Source: Escherichia phage vB_EcoM_SA35RD. Taken from it: a stretch of 64,000 bases of DNA. Of this stretch, positions 18,590-27,742 are shown piece by piece. Positions within the stretch are counted from its first letter, which is position 1, and every line of letters begins with the position of its first letter. The position numbers were made by a program, and so were the translations under genes. The notes below the pieces were generated by a model. It was not told the origin of the DNA, ran no database searches, and saw nothing but the letters and a program-made list of their open reading frames with translations. The stretch lies in sequence record OL960577.1; one strand, written 5' to 3'.

Positions 18590-19549
18590 TTATGATTTTA
18601 ATGCATTCATTGCGTTAAAAAGTTTAGAGTACTGCAACTGGAGATTGGTCACCACCTGTTGAGCATCACGAAGCTTAGCTTGTGCTTTGTCAAGTTCAAC
18701 GGACAGTTGGTCTACAGTAGCCTTGATTTGGTTGTAATGATAATCTTCGGCCGGAAGAAGGTCATTAGAAACATTTAGTTTTACTGCCGACAGTTTGCAC
18801 ACATTTGGCAAACCTTTAAACATACCAGATTGTGCTGGAGAATATGCGCCTAGAACCTCTGCATTACCGACTGGTGTTGCTGTAATATTGCCTTCAAACA
18901 ATGCATTTTCCTTTTTAAGATTTTGATAGTATTCAGAGTCTTTGTGCCACCATGGCGCAGGAACCTTTTTACCAATAGATACACGAGCTTGGATAGCGAT
19001 ATGGCCCTTATTCTTGATAGGGTCGATAATATTAAGCTCACGAGAATAAATTGCTTTAATCTGGTGGATATTATCACCTAAAACTTCCAACGCTTGGTGA
19101 AATACACGAGCAACGTTATCATTCTTAGGTTTATACGTAAGAGTGAACTCATTCTCACTGATAACCATGATTTCCAACTTATCATAAGTATATTTCAAAT
19201 GTTTCATGTTAATTGCTTGAGGACGAATACGAGAAGCAATGGCCATCAGATTGTTAAGGTTATTCCGGAACTGCTTAGCGAAATATTGTCCTTCACCGCC
19301 AATACAAAAATTACGAAGTTTCTGTTTGGCCAATAAACGGCTGAACTCACCATTTTTAATGAACTCTTTAACGGGTGTGTTAGTAACACATTCAAATTGA
19401 GTAAACTTACGAGAATTAATCCCATAATACGAACAGATTTCCTCAATCTCTTCAGGAGTCTTTACAGGCATACGGATAGGATTAGGTCCTGGAGTATATG
19501 CGTTCGAGGTAAATTCTTTGATAAGTTCTCTACGTGTAATAAAAGCCAT
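18590..19549 (-). CDS. hypothetical protein (319 aa)
   Basis: Track ORF; C-terminal coiled coil. Confidence 0.55.
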   Translation of the reverse strand: MAFITRRELIKEFTSNAYTPGPNPIRMPVKTPEEIEEICSYYGINSRKFTQFECVTNTPVKEFIKNGEFSRLLAKQKLRNFCIGGEGQYFAKQFRNNLNNLMAIASRIRPQAINMKHLKYTYDKLEIMVISENEFTLTYKPKNDNVARVFHQALEVLGDNIHQIKAIYSRELNIIDPIKNKGHIAIQARVSIGKKVPAPWWHKDSEYYQNLKKENALFEGNITATPVGNAEVLGAYSPAQSGMFKGLPNVCKLSAVKLNVSNDLLPAEDYHYNQIKATVDQLSVELDKAQAKLRDAQQVVTNLQLQYSKLFNAMNALKS

Positions 19550-19575
19550 TTTATATTCCTCATGTTGAAAAATTT

Positions 19576-19604
19576 ATTATACTCCAACCATCCTTGGTTG
19601 TACA
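19576..19604 (-). promoter_or_regulatory. early promoter cassette (-35 TGTACA, 17 nt, -10 TATAAT), same spacer hairpin
   Basis: Near-identical 28-nt core to 18546..18575. Confidence 0.55.
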
Positions 19605-20600
19605 TCATTCCTTAAGAAGTTTTACTACCTGAATAAGATTAGCTCGTTCTGTTTTATTTTTACCATTTAAGCCTGCTAATCGTGAGATTTCATCGTCAGT
19701 CTGTTGAATAGTTACATTAAGTTCGTTAATCAAAGCTTCAAAGTATTTGATTTGCTCAGCATGTTTTGATTCAAATTTCTGAACCGGAATAACGTCTTGG
19801 TTTAGTTCATCAATAAGGTCTTTAAGAGCATCTTCTTGGTTGATATCATATTCAACTTCTTTTATTTCTTCAACGAGCTCGTCTTTATATCTAACGTCTT
19901 TTAGTCCTGGTGCTGGTCCTGAAATCTCTTCTTTAAGAGTACAAACATATCCAATACGGTATCCAATGCCGTCTCGCTTGATATCAACTTCGTCGATAAA
20001 TCCACAATGTTTAAGCCCGGAGCCGATTATGTCAAAATATCCTTGACGTCGTCCTTCAAACGTTACACGAACTACTAAGACAGTTTTACCTGCAACCTTT
20101 TGAAGCTCACATTTATAAAAGTCAGTTGAACCTGAATAACGTGGATGAGTTTTAAAGTTCATCTGACGATCTAGGCCCATTTGTAAGCGTGCTGTTACGG
20201 CCATAAAACGTGTTTGGTTCTCGTTAAGATGAGCAACAATCCATTTCAAAGGCATTTTACACTGTTCACGGCCGAACAAATCGGTACGTCCTAAATTACG
20301 CAGGATATTGTTAGAGTTAATCATCGACAGAACGTTAAGTTTATTCAGCGCGCTGAAGATTCCATCAGCCATTGATTTTCCATAACCTTTACACGCTTTA
20401 ATAAGTGCTCGCGGCAGATTAGTATAGATTTCAGACGGCATATGAAAATCAAATTTACTAACCAGTAATTGATGAACTTGGATAGCAATTTGTTCATAAT
20501 TAAGTGCTCTGCGATCGTTATGGTCTTTAAACCACACTTTAATCTGTGAAGCACATAAACCGTTAATTTCATGTTTTACCGCATCAGATGTAATGCTCAT
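19605..20600 (-). CDS. hypothetical protein (331 aa)
   Basis: Track ORF. Confidence 0.55.
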   Translation of the reverse strand: MSITSDAVKHEINGLCASQIKVWFKDHNDRRALNYEQIAIQVHQLLVSKFDFHMPSEIYTNLPRALIKACKGYGKSMADGIFSALNKLNVLSMINSNNILRNLGRTDLFGREQCKMPLKWIVAHLNENQTRFMAVTARLQMGLDRQMNFKTHPRYSGSTDFYKCELQKVAGKTVLVVRVTFEGRRQGYFDIIGSGLKHCGFIDEVDIKRDGIGYRIGYVCTLKEEISGPAPGLKDVRYKDELVEEIKEVEYDINQEDALKDLIDELNQDVIPVQKFESKHAEQIKYFEALINELNVTIQQTDDEISRLAGLNGKNKTERANLIQVVKLLKE

Positions 20601-20635
20601 AACTATTTCCTCAGATTGAATTGGAACTCAAAACC

Positions 20636-20664
20636 ATTATAACCCGTCCTTGGGTAAAGCGTTT
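20636..20664 (-). promoter_or_regulatory. probable early promoter (-10 TATAAT) with AACCC-aaggac-GGGTT hairpin
   Basis: Read directly; -35 weak. Confidence 0.4.
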
Positions 20665-21190
20665 ATGCGTGAACCGTCTTTAAACGTTCTTCAAATTTCC
20701 GAAGAGTACTAATACGTTCTGCTTTCTGTTTTGTATAGTTTGCAATACGTTCTGAAGTGAGAGCGTATCGTTCGTTTACTGTTTCTTTCATGAAGTCAGG
20801 GATTTCACGAGAAGCTTTAATTTCATCAAACTTATCGAGTACTGCCTGGTCTTCAGCGATTAAATTTTCGTACATCTCGATATCTTTCTTGATAAACTCG
20901 ATATCTTCCTGGGTTACTTTGGATAAACGAGATGCTTTATCCTTTTTGTACTGCTCGTTAGTTTCACGAGACCAGAATAATGTACGTTTTTTGTTGGTGT
21001 TTTTGTAGACTTCCACAATTCCAACTGAATCGATGATAACGATCCAATTCCAGCGAGATTTGAAAATCTGTCCTCCGTCCACGGTAATCTCGTTACCATA
21101 AGCAATGTCATTAAAGAACTTACTTTGTGCTTCAGATTTAAATTTACCGTCGTTATAATTTACCAGGTTGAAAATATCTTTAGCGTTCAT
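20663..21190 (-). CDS. hypothetical protein (175 aa)
   Basis: Track ORF; GGAGG RBS. Confidence 0.55.
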   Translation of the reverse strand: MNAKDIFNLVNYNDGKFKSEAQSKFFNDIAYGNEITVDGGQIFKSRWNWIVIIDSVGIVEVYKNTNKKRTLFWSRETNEQYKKDKASRLSKVTQEDIEFIKKDIEMYENLIAEDQAVLDKFDEIKASREIPDFMKETVNERYALTSERIANYTKQKAERISTLRKFEERLKTVHA

Positions 21191-21217
21191 GTTTTACCTC
21201 CAGTAGTTGATAGGTCT

Positions 21218-21246
21218 ATAATAACATAACTATAGACCTTGTAAAC
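21218..21246 (-). promoter_or_regulatory. early promoter cassette (-35 GTTTAC, 17 nt, -10 TATTAT) with AGGTCTATA/TATAGACCT inverted repeat
   Basis: Read directly. Confidence 0.5.
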
Positions 21247-21248
21247 AA

Positions 21249-21536
21249 CTAAAAGAAACTTTTTTCGGTATTTTTTCCACTGAACCAAACAGACTTCGGG
21301 ATTTTTTGTAATTTTTCAGATTTAAGTTTCTCTTCCTGTTCTTTCTTATATACACCCTTGTCGTACTGGAGCGTCTCTATGGCATTCTTTTGCAAACGAT
21401 CTAAGGTAATTAAGGCTTTAGTTTTTCCTTTCAAGGAAGAGTCCTGGCGAACCTCCTCACTATATTGCATCGTAGAACTAACCATACGATGAGCATACAG
21501 TTCGACTGCGGCTTTAATTTTTTGCATAAAATCCAT
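21249..21536 (-). CDS. hypothetical protein (95 aa)
   Basis: Track ORF. Confidence 0.45.
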   Translation of the reverse strand: MDFMQKIKAAVELYAHRMVSSTMQYSEEVRQDSSLKGKTKALITLDRLQKNAIETLQYDKGVYKKEQEEKLKSEKLQKIPKSVWFSGKNTEKSFF

Positions 21537-21673
21537 AACATATCCTCTTTGATTTGTACATCATTATTTTAAATATTTCTATGCCCTCAGTAGGTTCCTG
21601 GTGTCCTTCTTTGAGGTAAGCCATATGATTATTCATCTTTATGGCTTTTGTTACCTCAGAACTTCCTATAAGC

Positions 21674-22675
21674 TTATTTCAGTAAAGTTACTTCAGAGAT
21701 TTCCTCCCAACCATCTTTATCAGTTGAAATAAAATCTGCTACATAAAGAGCGGTACGTAATGATACATTGCGAAGACGAGATACATTAGCCTTCATCCAG
21801 GACAATGCTTTATACGTTTCTGCATCAGTCAGACCACGTTTCTGCATCATGTCAGTAGATAATATTACATCTTCAACTCGAACCATAATCTCTTCATTAG
21901 AGTGTACTCCAAGGTCGAGATACACTGAGCGAGATACTAAAGCTTGAAGGTGTGGAGCAAGTTTCGAACCGCGTTCTAACTCTTTATCGATATCAACGTT
22001 TGTAATGAAAACGATAGTACCTTCAAACTCAAATTCTTTATCAATACCCTTATCATCGAGATAAGATGACGCAGTGCTCCAACAAACTTTGCGTTTATCA
22101 CCGGTATCTAATGCTGCTTTAAGAAGGTTCAGGATGTCCATATCTGAGAATACGTCAACGTCATCGATTAAGAGAACGCTGTCTGCATCACGGTTGAGCC
22201 AAAGTTGTTCGTAAAGGCCAATACCAGAGATTTTACCATTAATGCTTTTGTATTTGATGAAACCATTATCATTAGCATTATTAAGTGCTTTATCCAGAGA
22301 ATACGTCTTACCAATACCGGCTGCACCTGAAATAATGAGTGAACGAATTTTGCCATCGATAATGCCATTCGTCATCATGTTCATTACTTTAAAGCGTTTG
22401 TTGATACGAGTTTTCATATCTTCAGTGCTTTCAACAACTGCAACTGGTGATGTCTCAACTCCTTCCATTACGATGTCTGATTTGAAGACCCATACTCCAC
22501 GTTCAGAACCATCAATCATAACGAAAATTTTACCGTCACCTAAGTGGGAACATTCAGGATTAAGCTTTGCTGGGAACCAGGTCTTTGTGGCAACATAAGA
22601 ACCAGAGATTTCGTTATTACGATAGATACCTTTTTTGATTTGAACGTTGAACATTTTATTCTCCAATTTACTCAT
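21674..22675 (-). CDS. P-loop ATPase (Walker A/B), function unknown
   Basis: 333 aa; Walker A SGAAGIGKT, Walker B LLIDDVD. Confidence 0.6.
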   Translation of the reverse strand: MSKLENKMFNVQIKKGIYRNNEISGSYVATKTWFPAKLNPECSHLGDGKIFVMIDGSERGVWVFKSDIVMEGVETSPVAVVESTEDMKTRINKRFKVMNMMTNGIIDGKIRSLIISGAAGIGKTYSLDKALNNANDNGFIKYKSINGKISGIGLYEQLWLNRDADSVLLIDDVDVFSDMDILNLLKAALDTGDKRKVCWSTASSYLDDKGIDKEFEFEGTIVFITNVDIDKELERGSKLAPHLQALVSRSVYLDLGVHSNEEIMVRVEDVILSTDMMQKRGLTDAETYKALSWMKANVSRLRNVSLRTALYVADFISTDKDGWEEISEVTLLK

Positions 22676-22692
22676 TTCGTTTCGATAGGTCT

Positions 22693-22721
22693 ATAATAAC
22701 ATATCCTAAAAGCATGTACAC
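22693..22721 (-). promoter_or_regulatory. early promoter cassette (-35 GTGTAC, 17 nt, -10 TATTAT)
   Basis: Shares ATGTTATTATAGACCTATC core with 21218..21246. Confidence 0.5.
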
Positions 22722-22751
22722 TACTTTTTAAAAATATTTTAACCCCCTAAA

Positions 22752-22767
22752 GGGACCCGAAGGTCCC
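22752..22767 (-). terminator. terminator-like hairpin GGGACC-cgaa-GGTCCC
   Basis: Perfect 6-bp stem, followed on minus strand by TTTAGGGGG. Confidence 0.4.
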
Positions 22768-22772
22768 CACAT

Positions 22773-23054
22773 TTACTTATCACACTTAGCAACATAATTA
22801 GGCATATCACAGAATACGGAGCGAGTAACTACTCGACCCTTTGACCATGCTTCAGTTGCTTGTCCGGCCGTGCTATTAATATAGCTTGATTTAATGTTCT
22901 CAATACCCTGAGAATGTGATGCATTTACCGAACCATTGGAAGGCCCAGAAGACTGGTTACCACCAGCTCCTGCACTACCGCTGGCTGCACCCGTGGTAGC
23001 ACCAACAGAGAATGCCATCATTACTGCGAATAAACCAATTGCTAATTTTTTCAT
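22773..23054 (-). CDS. small secreted/periplasmic protein (93 aa) with signal peptide and Gly/Ser-rich linker
   Basis: MKKLAIGLFAVMMAFSVGA signal-like N-terminus; two C-terminal Cys; late promoter upstream. Confidence 0.5.
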   Translation of the reverse strand: MKKLAIGLFAVMMAFSVGATTGAASGSAGAGGNQSSGPSNGSVNASHSQGIENIKSSYINSTAGQATEAWSKGRVVTRSVFCDMPNYVAKCDK

Positions 23055-23085
23055 ATTTACCTCAAGTTAAGGGTTATTTATCTAC

Positions 23086-24075
23086 TTATTTATAGTAAGA
23101 ATTATGATTTTCGAGATAGACTTGCTCAAGGAAATCATCCCAGAAACTCATATCTACTTTTTGTTGCATACCATTCTTGGCAGCTTGTTCTGACGCATGT
23201 TCAACTTGGTCAACGATATCTTCTAGGAATTCTTGTACAGTTTTAAACGTATGTTTACCAAGCTTAACATCGAGAATAAATGGAGCATCCTGAAGTGGGT
23301 AAACCAGGTCGCCGGTTTTGTAAATTTCCAATAATTGAAGTCCACCACGACACGCATGACTCAATGCTTTCCAGTCAATACCTTCGTTAGCTTCTGCCTT
23401 ACGAGCACGTTCACCATAGTTCTCTTCCAGTTTAACCAAGATGGCATTGAACTCTTTATTGGTTAACGTGTCTTGGAATTTACGGTCTAACAGATTATAG
23501 AATGTTTGCTTACCTGTTTTCTCGTTTTCGGTTTCAACCCACGAAGCAAATTCACCTATAGGCAGAACATTCTTCATATGTGATAAACGAATTACTGCAC
23601 CGTTATCAAAGTATTGTCCCCATTCATTAGAACGTTTAAGGGCTTGACGAAGAACAGCCAGTCGAGAACCCTTGACACCATATTTAGAAGCTTGCTTACG
23701 GACGTACCCTAAATAAGATTTCATGTTAGTGGTATAGAAACGAGACCTGTTATCTTGAATATACTTCCATACATCAGGCAAATCAGATTTAACTACTAAA
23801 CTTTGTGGAGTGTGAAGCATATCTAATGCGACAGTTTCACCGTCCGCAGCTAGTTTAAAGAAATATTTGAGACTATACAACTCATGGTCCACGTCGTCTT
23901 TTGTGTTCTTAGAAGATGTGTTATTCGTGTTCTTGCTCATATGTTCTTTAACGTTACCGGTCAAGATATCACGAGCATGAGGGACATAAATTTCTTTAAA
24001 ATCAACGTCAGATTCTGGGGTAGACGTTCCATAAAGGTGGCTACCAAAGTAGCCTTTCATAATTGTTTTCATCAT
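23086..24075 (-). CDS. putative nucleotidyltransferase-fold protein (329 aa)
   Basis: N-terminal GSHLYGTSTPESDVDF fits the Pol-beta-superfamily G-S-x(9-13)-D-x-D motif; otherwise uncharacterised. Confidence 0.45.
   Translation of the reverse strand: MMKTIMKGYFGSHLYGTSTPESDVDFKEIYVPHARDILTGNVKEHMSKNTNNTSSKNTKDDVDHELYSLKYFFKLAADGETVALDMLHTPQSLVVKSDLPDVWKYIQDNRSRFYTTNMKSYLGYVRKQASKYGVKGSRLAVLRQALKRSNEWGQYFDNGAVIRLSHMKNVLPIGEFASWVETENEKTGKQTFYNLLDRKFQDTLTNKEFNAILVKLEENYGERARKAEANEGIDWKALSHACRGGLQLLEIYKTGDLVYPLQDAPFILDVKLGKHTFKTVQEFLEDIVDQVEHASEQAAKNGMQQKVDMSFWDDFLEQVYLENHNSYYK
23087..23094 (-). promoter_or_regulatory. late promoter TATAAATA upstream of secreted small protein
   Basis: Forward tatttata, about 33 nt upstream of start at 23054. 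Confidence 0.5.
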
Positions 24076-24545
24076 TTAGCCTTATATTCAAGAGTAGGAC
24101 AGACTTTTTCTTTACGAGCTTTAAGGTATTCACCTATTAATGATTTCTTACGTTCAATAGGCTCAAGTCCATTTTTAATTCGTTCTTGGTTTTGCGCAAT
24201 GAGCTCAATTTCTTTATAATATTTTCTGTCGTTATATTTGTCTAACAACCAAGACGGACCAATTACCAACCCGGTAGCAATAAAAGCCATGACTGCTACC
24301 ATTAAAATGCCTACACCAATTGAAGCCGGAACTAATGTCCATAGACTGCTAAAAACAAAGAATTTAGTTAAAATTTCCTGGCCAATGATTGTGACTGCTG
24401 CTAAAATCGCAAATCCAATAATTGAAACAGCCAATACCGGGATTAACGTTTTCCAAAAATAAGCACACAACGTTTTCGGACGATTCCATGTACTATTGAA
24501 CGCGGCATAAAGTTTAAAGTGCCAAGAGTTTTCATTGATAATCAT
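24072..24545 (-). CDS. hypothetical membrane protein (157 aa)
   Basis: Three or four hydrophobic spans; stop overlaps next start. Confidence 0.5.
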   Translation of the reverse strand: MIINENSWHFKLYAAFNSTWNRPKTLCAYFWKTLIPVLAVSIIGFAILAAVTIIGQEILTKFFVFSSLWTLVPASIGVGILMVAVMAFIATGLVIGPSWLLDKYNDRKYYKEIELIAQNQERIKNGLEPIERKKSLIGEYLKARKEKVCPTLEYKAK

Positions 24546-24554
24546 AATAATTCC

Positions 24555-25085
24555 TTATTTCAAAGTTGGGATAATAGAATCGAGATAAGCTTTAAGAGCA
24601 ACTGCTTCATCTTTGTCTAATGTAATGATATGTTGACGAAGGTCATCAATTTGACGAATAACTACGACATCACCATCTTCATAAGAAGGATTAACGCCTA
24701 GGACTGTTGTATAGTCAGGGCGGTCCTGATTTGTAATAAAAGCATTACGGCATTTAGCCCATTGAAGTTTGGCCTTTTTAGCTGTTTCAGATTCCACGAA
24801 TTCTTTCACCTTAGTGACGAATGTTTTCCAATTATTAATAGAAAAACATTCGTCTTCAGTTTCGATATTAACCCCACTATAAAGTCCATGATAAAAACGA
24901 ACTTGAAGGTCTTCGTCAATGTTAATTACAGATGCATGGCCCGGTGGATTGAGTTTCAAAATCTTGTCCAGTTCCATAGGAAGAATAGTAGCAGCATCAT
25001 CTTCTTGTGTCAGAACATACACATAACCACGTTTTTCGATACATAAATCACCAAACAACTCGGTTGTTTCAATTACAGTTTTCAT
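24555..25085 (-). CDS. hypothetical protein (176 aa)
   Basis: Track ORF. Confidence 0.5.
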   Translation of the reverse strand: MKTVIETTELFGDLCIEKRGYVYVLTQEDDAATILPMELDKILKLNPPGHASVINIDEDLQVRFYHGLYSGVNIETEDECFSINNWKTFVTKVKEFVESETAKKAKLQWAKCRNAFITNQDRPDYTTVLGVNPSYEDGDVVVIRQIDDLRQHIITLDKDEAVALKAYLDSIIPTLK

Positions 25086-25255
25086 TTATTCACCAATTAA
25101 AGTTTCAACAAAATTCACCAAAGCATTCTGGCAAGCATCAACCTGATTTTCGTAAAAGTCTCCGCTATCATTTACCGCATGATAAGCTACATCATTCAAA
25201 TCTGAATCGGCTTCACGTAAGTCACGGATAAGGTCCATCAATTTATTAGCTTGTT

Positions 25256-25372
25256 CACGGGTCATTTTACCATACTCGTTTCAATAAGATTCACTATGCC
25301 GTTTACCATGTTATAAGTAAACATCGGATAATTGTATTGTACTACAACATAAGCGATAAGCAAAAGTTTCAT
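25256..25372 (-). CDS. possible small hydrophobic peptide (38 aa)
   Basis: Hand-translated MKLLLIAYVVVQYNYPMFTYNMVNGIVNLIETSMVK after promoter cassette and GGAG RBS. Confidence 0.25.
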
Positions 25373-25400
25373 TTTGTTCTCCATTTGTTTTGGTAGGATT

Positions 25401-25430
25401 ACTATATCATAGTCCTACCAAGACGTAAAC
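25401..25430 (-). promoter_or_regulatory. early promoter cassette (-35 GTTTAC, -10 TATAGT)
   Basis: Read directly; leader CAAAACAAATGGAG. Confidence 0.45.
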
Positions 25431-25645
25431 TACCGATTGTGTTTTAAATGTTGATAAAGCTCTTCAACTTGTTTAGGGTCCAGGTAAATAACATCATCAT
25501 CTTGCTCAATGGAAATTCCGCCAGTATTACCTTCAACGAAATTACATTCGCATACTTCAACGGTGCGATATACATCACCAACTGGATGCCCAGGCTCCAG
25601 AACAATCACACCATCTTCAGAACAACCGCTTGGGTCATATAACAT
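25430..25645 (-). CDS. hypothetical protein, MLYDxxGxSEDGV family
   Basis: Track ORF 25430..25720 trimmed to MLYDPSGCSEDGVIVLEP. Confidence 0.4.
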   Translation of the reverse strand: MLYDPSGCSEDGVIVLEPGHPVGDVYRTVEVCECNFVEGNTGGISIEQDDDVIYLDPKQVEELYQHLKHNR

Positions 25646-25736
25646 TACAGTTTCCTCGCTAACCATGAAAAGAATAAACCAATTAAAACAGGTCCTACAG
25701 TCATTGTTAACCAAGCCCAAGGTTCAAGATAATAAA

Positions 25737-25901
25737 TCATCTCATGCTCCTGTGCCAACAGTTTCTTGGTTCACGTTTAAAAATTTCATCATGCATTGAT
25801 TGACAACCAACACAATATATCACCACCATATCATCTTCAGCGCTTTCAGGTAAAAGTTCAAGTACACCGTCTTCAGATTTTCCAGTATAATCGTAAAGCA
25901 T
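25737..25901 (-). CDS. hypothetical protein, MLYDxxGxSEDGV family paralogue
   Basis: Track ORF 25737..25928 trimmed to MLYDYTGKSEDGVLELLP. Confidence 0.4.
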   Translation of the reverse strand: MLYDYTGKSEDGVLELLPESAEDDMVVIYCVGCQSMHDEIFKREPRNCWHRSMR

Positions 25902-25908
25902 AATATCC

Positions 25909-26089
25909 TCACATAATCTCGTTAACATACATTTGCAATTCGGTGTGGGCTTCGGCCATCTTTTTCATAGCTCTGTTAATGTCGATGTCTCCATCTTCGC
26001 AACCATGAGCATTTTCCCAATCAGATACCGCATTAGCGTACTCTTCAATCAAAAACATTAACTTAGAAATTTTTTCTTTACGTGTCATA
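25909..26089 (-). CDS. hypothetical protein (about 59 aa)
   Basis: Track ORF 25909..26157; start set to MTRKEK downstream of promoter. Confidence 0.4.
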
Positions 26090-26115
26090 ATGTTCTCCTC
26101 TAGTAAGTAAGGACT

Positions 26116-26144
26116 ACTATAACACAACCTGAGGAGAAGTAAAC
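26116..26144 (-). promoter_or_regulatory. early promoter cassette (-35 GTTTAC, 17 nt, -10 TATAGT)
   Basis: Read directly. Confidence 0.5.
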
Positions 26145-26155
26145 TGATAGATGCC

Positions 26156-26185
26156 AAAAAGCCCCAACCATAAGGAAGGGGCTAG
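26156..26185 (-). terminator. rho-independent terminator, copy 1 of a repeated hairpin element
   Basis: Minus strand GCCCC-TTCCTTATGGTT-GGGGC followed by TTTT. Confidence 0.55.
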
Positions 26186-26189
26186 TAAA

Positions 26190-26492
26190 TTAGATAGATG
26201 TAGGCTCTAATTTTATTTTCATGAACTCGGCAAATTGTCTGGCAGTTTTTATGCCTTGTTCATGGCATTCAAATGCATCATCACAGGGGCTATTTTTGTA
26301 ATGCTTTGCCATATACTTATAGAATTTTTCAGAATTCTCGACATTTTGAATTTCAAACAAAGTATATACGTTTTTAATCCCTGATTCCATAAAGTTATCA
26401 AAATATGGGTCGGTGTACGCAGTACCAACGATAGGAGTTGTTGCTGCAAAAAACCCCAGCATCGCCATGACAGCTATCGCTCTTAAGGCCAT
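26190..26492 (-). CDS. rI: lysis-inhibition protein rI-like
   Basis: 100 aa; hydrophobic N-terminus; resembles T4 RI as I recall it; position next to tk. Confidence 0.6.
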   Translation of the reverse strand: MALRAIAVMAMLGFFAATTPIVGTAYTDPYFDNFMESGIKNVYTLFEIQNVENSEKFYKYMAKHYKNSPCDDAFECHEQGIKTARQFAEFMKIKLEPTSI

Positions 26493-26504
26493 ATAGGCCT
26501 CCTG

Positions 26505-26717
26505 TTAATTTTGACCAGTATTTATTTTTCGCCTTTGGACGGCCTTAACATCTGTGAGGTATTTTTCCAGCTTGCGCTTGCGTGTATAATCAGCTTTAGA
26601 ACCAGTTTGACGGATATCCTCGTTTAAATGAGAAATAGAATGTCCTAATTCTCTTCGGATTTCATCCAATTGGGTTACAGTAAGATTACGAAGTTGTCTT
26701 TCGTTTAATTGCTGCAT
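26505..26717 (-). CDS. hypothetical protein (70 aa)
   Basis: Track ORF; late promoter immediately upstream. Confidence 0.45.
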   Translation of the reverse strand: MQQLNERQLRNLTVTQLDEIRRELGHSISHLNEDIRQTGSKADYTRKRKLEKYLTDVKAVQRRKINTGQN

Positions 26718-26741
26718 ATATACCTCTTGGTTAGATATTAG

Positions 26742-26749
26742 TATTTATA
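26742..26749 (-). promoter_or_regulatory. late promoter TATAAATA
   Basis: Forward tatttata, about 25 nt upstream of ORF start at 26717. Confidence 0.5.
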
Positions 26750-27326
26750 ACAACCCTGTCAAATCATTCCAATGCTTCCGGCATAATGACACGTATCTAT
26801 CGGTATCACCAATTTCAATTTGACTGCCATCTGTAATTGGAAGTCCGTCTTCCGTGACTCTAGCTACCATTGTGGCCTTTTTACCACAATGACAGACACC
26901 TTTAAGTTCAACAAGCTTATCGGCAATAGCCATTAATGCTTGAGAACCTTCAAATAGATTACCTTTAAAATCTGTTCGTAGTCCATATGCCATTACCGGC
27001 ACATTGTATACGTCAACAATACGACTAAGTTGATACACCTTTTCAGTAGTTAAGAACTGAGCTTCGTCAACAAATACACAATGAATATCCTTTTGTGCTG
27101 CAGCCCATTTATAGAATTCAAAGATATCCATGTCTTTTGTAATTATATTGGCATCCTGACGAATACCAATACGAGAGACTATTTCACCTTTTGAATCGCG
27201 AGTATCAATAGCCGGTTTAAGAACTAATACACCCATGCCACGTTCTTTATAGTTGTGTGCGGCAGTAAGTAATGAAGCAGACTTACCAGCGTTCATAGCG
27301 GCATATGTAAAAATTAAACTAGCCAT
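26745..27326 (-). CDS. tk: thymidine kinase
   Basis: 193 aa; P-loop YAAMNAGKSASLL and C-terminal Zn-binding CHCGKKATM...CRKHW. Confidence 0.9.
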   Translation of the reverse strand: MASLIFTYAAMNAGKSASLLTAAHNYKERGMGVLVLKPAIDTRDSKGEIVSRIGIRQDANIITKDMDIFEFYKWAAAQKDIHCVFVDEAQFLTTEKVYQLSRIVDVYNVPVMAYGLRTDFKGNLFEGSQALMAIADKLVELKGVCHCGKKATMVARVTEDGLPITDGSQIEIGDTDRYVSLCRKHWNDLTGLL

Positions 27327-27335
27327 AAGAGTCCC

Positions 27336-27518
27336 TTATAGTGAATTCACGTAGTCAATGAGTTCTTGTTCTTTCCTGTCAAATGATTCCATCAATGCGT
27401 GATATTCTTCATCTGTTAAAGGAGCATATTCATCGTACGCATTGGTGGCTGCTTGTTCATCCAATAGGTCATGGATAAGTTCGAACAGTTTAGCTTTCTC
27501 TTCTTTAGTTAATTTCAT
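27336..27518 (-). CDS. hypothetical acidic protein (60 aa)
   Basis: Track ORF. Confidence 0.4.
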   Translation of the reverse strand: MKLTKEEKAKLFELIHDLLDEQAATNAYDEYAPLTDEEYHALMESFDRKEQELIDYVNSL

Positions 27519-27742
27519 TTAGGTTCACCTTCTTTAACGAAATCTGGGTAAGGGTAAAATCCTGAGTAAAACCCTTCACCTTTATGATTGCTACAACCTT
27601 TGTTCGAACAGTAACACCAATAATCAAAATCACAAGCCATTTCGTCATTGCATAAAGCAAAAACTACAGGCCATTCGCATTTTTCGCATTTAGCACCTGT
27701 AAGAATTTTTGTTTGACTCATAGCCATGTCACCTTTAAGCAA
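27515..27742 (-). CDS. hypothetical Cys-rich protein (75 aa)
   Basis: Multiple Cys/CxxC pairs. Confidence 0.4.
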   Translation of the reverse strand: MLKGDMAMSQTKILTGAKCEKCEWPVVFALCNDEMACDFDYWCYCSNKGCSNHKGEGFYSGFYPYPDFVKEGEPK

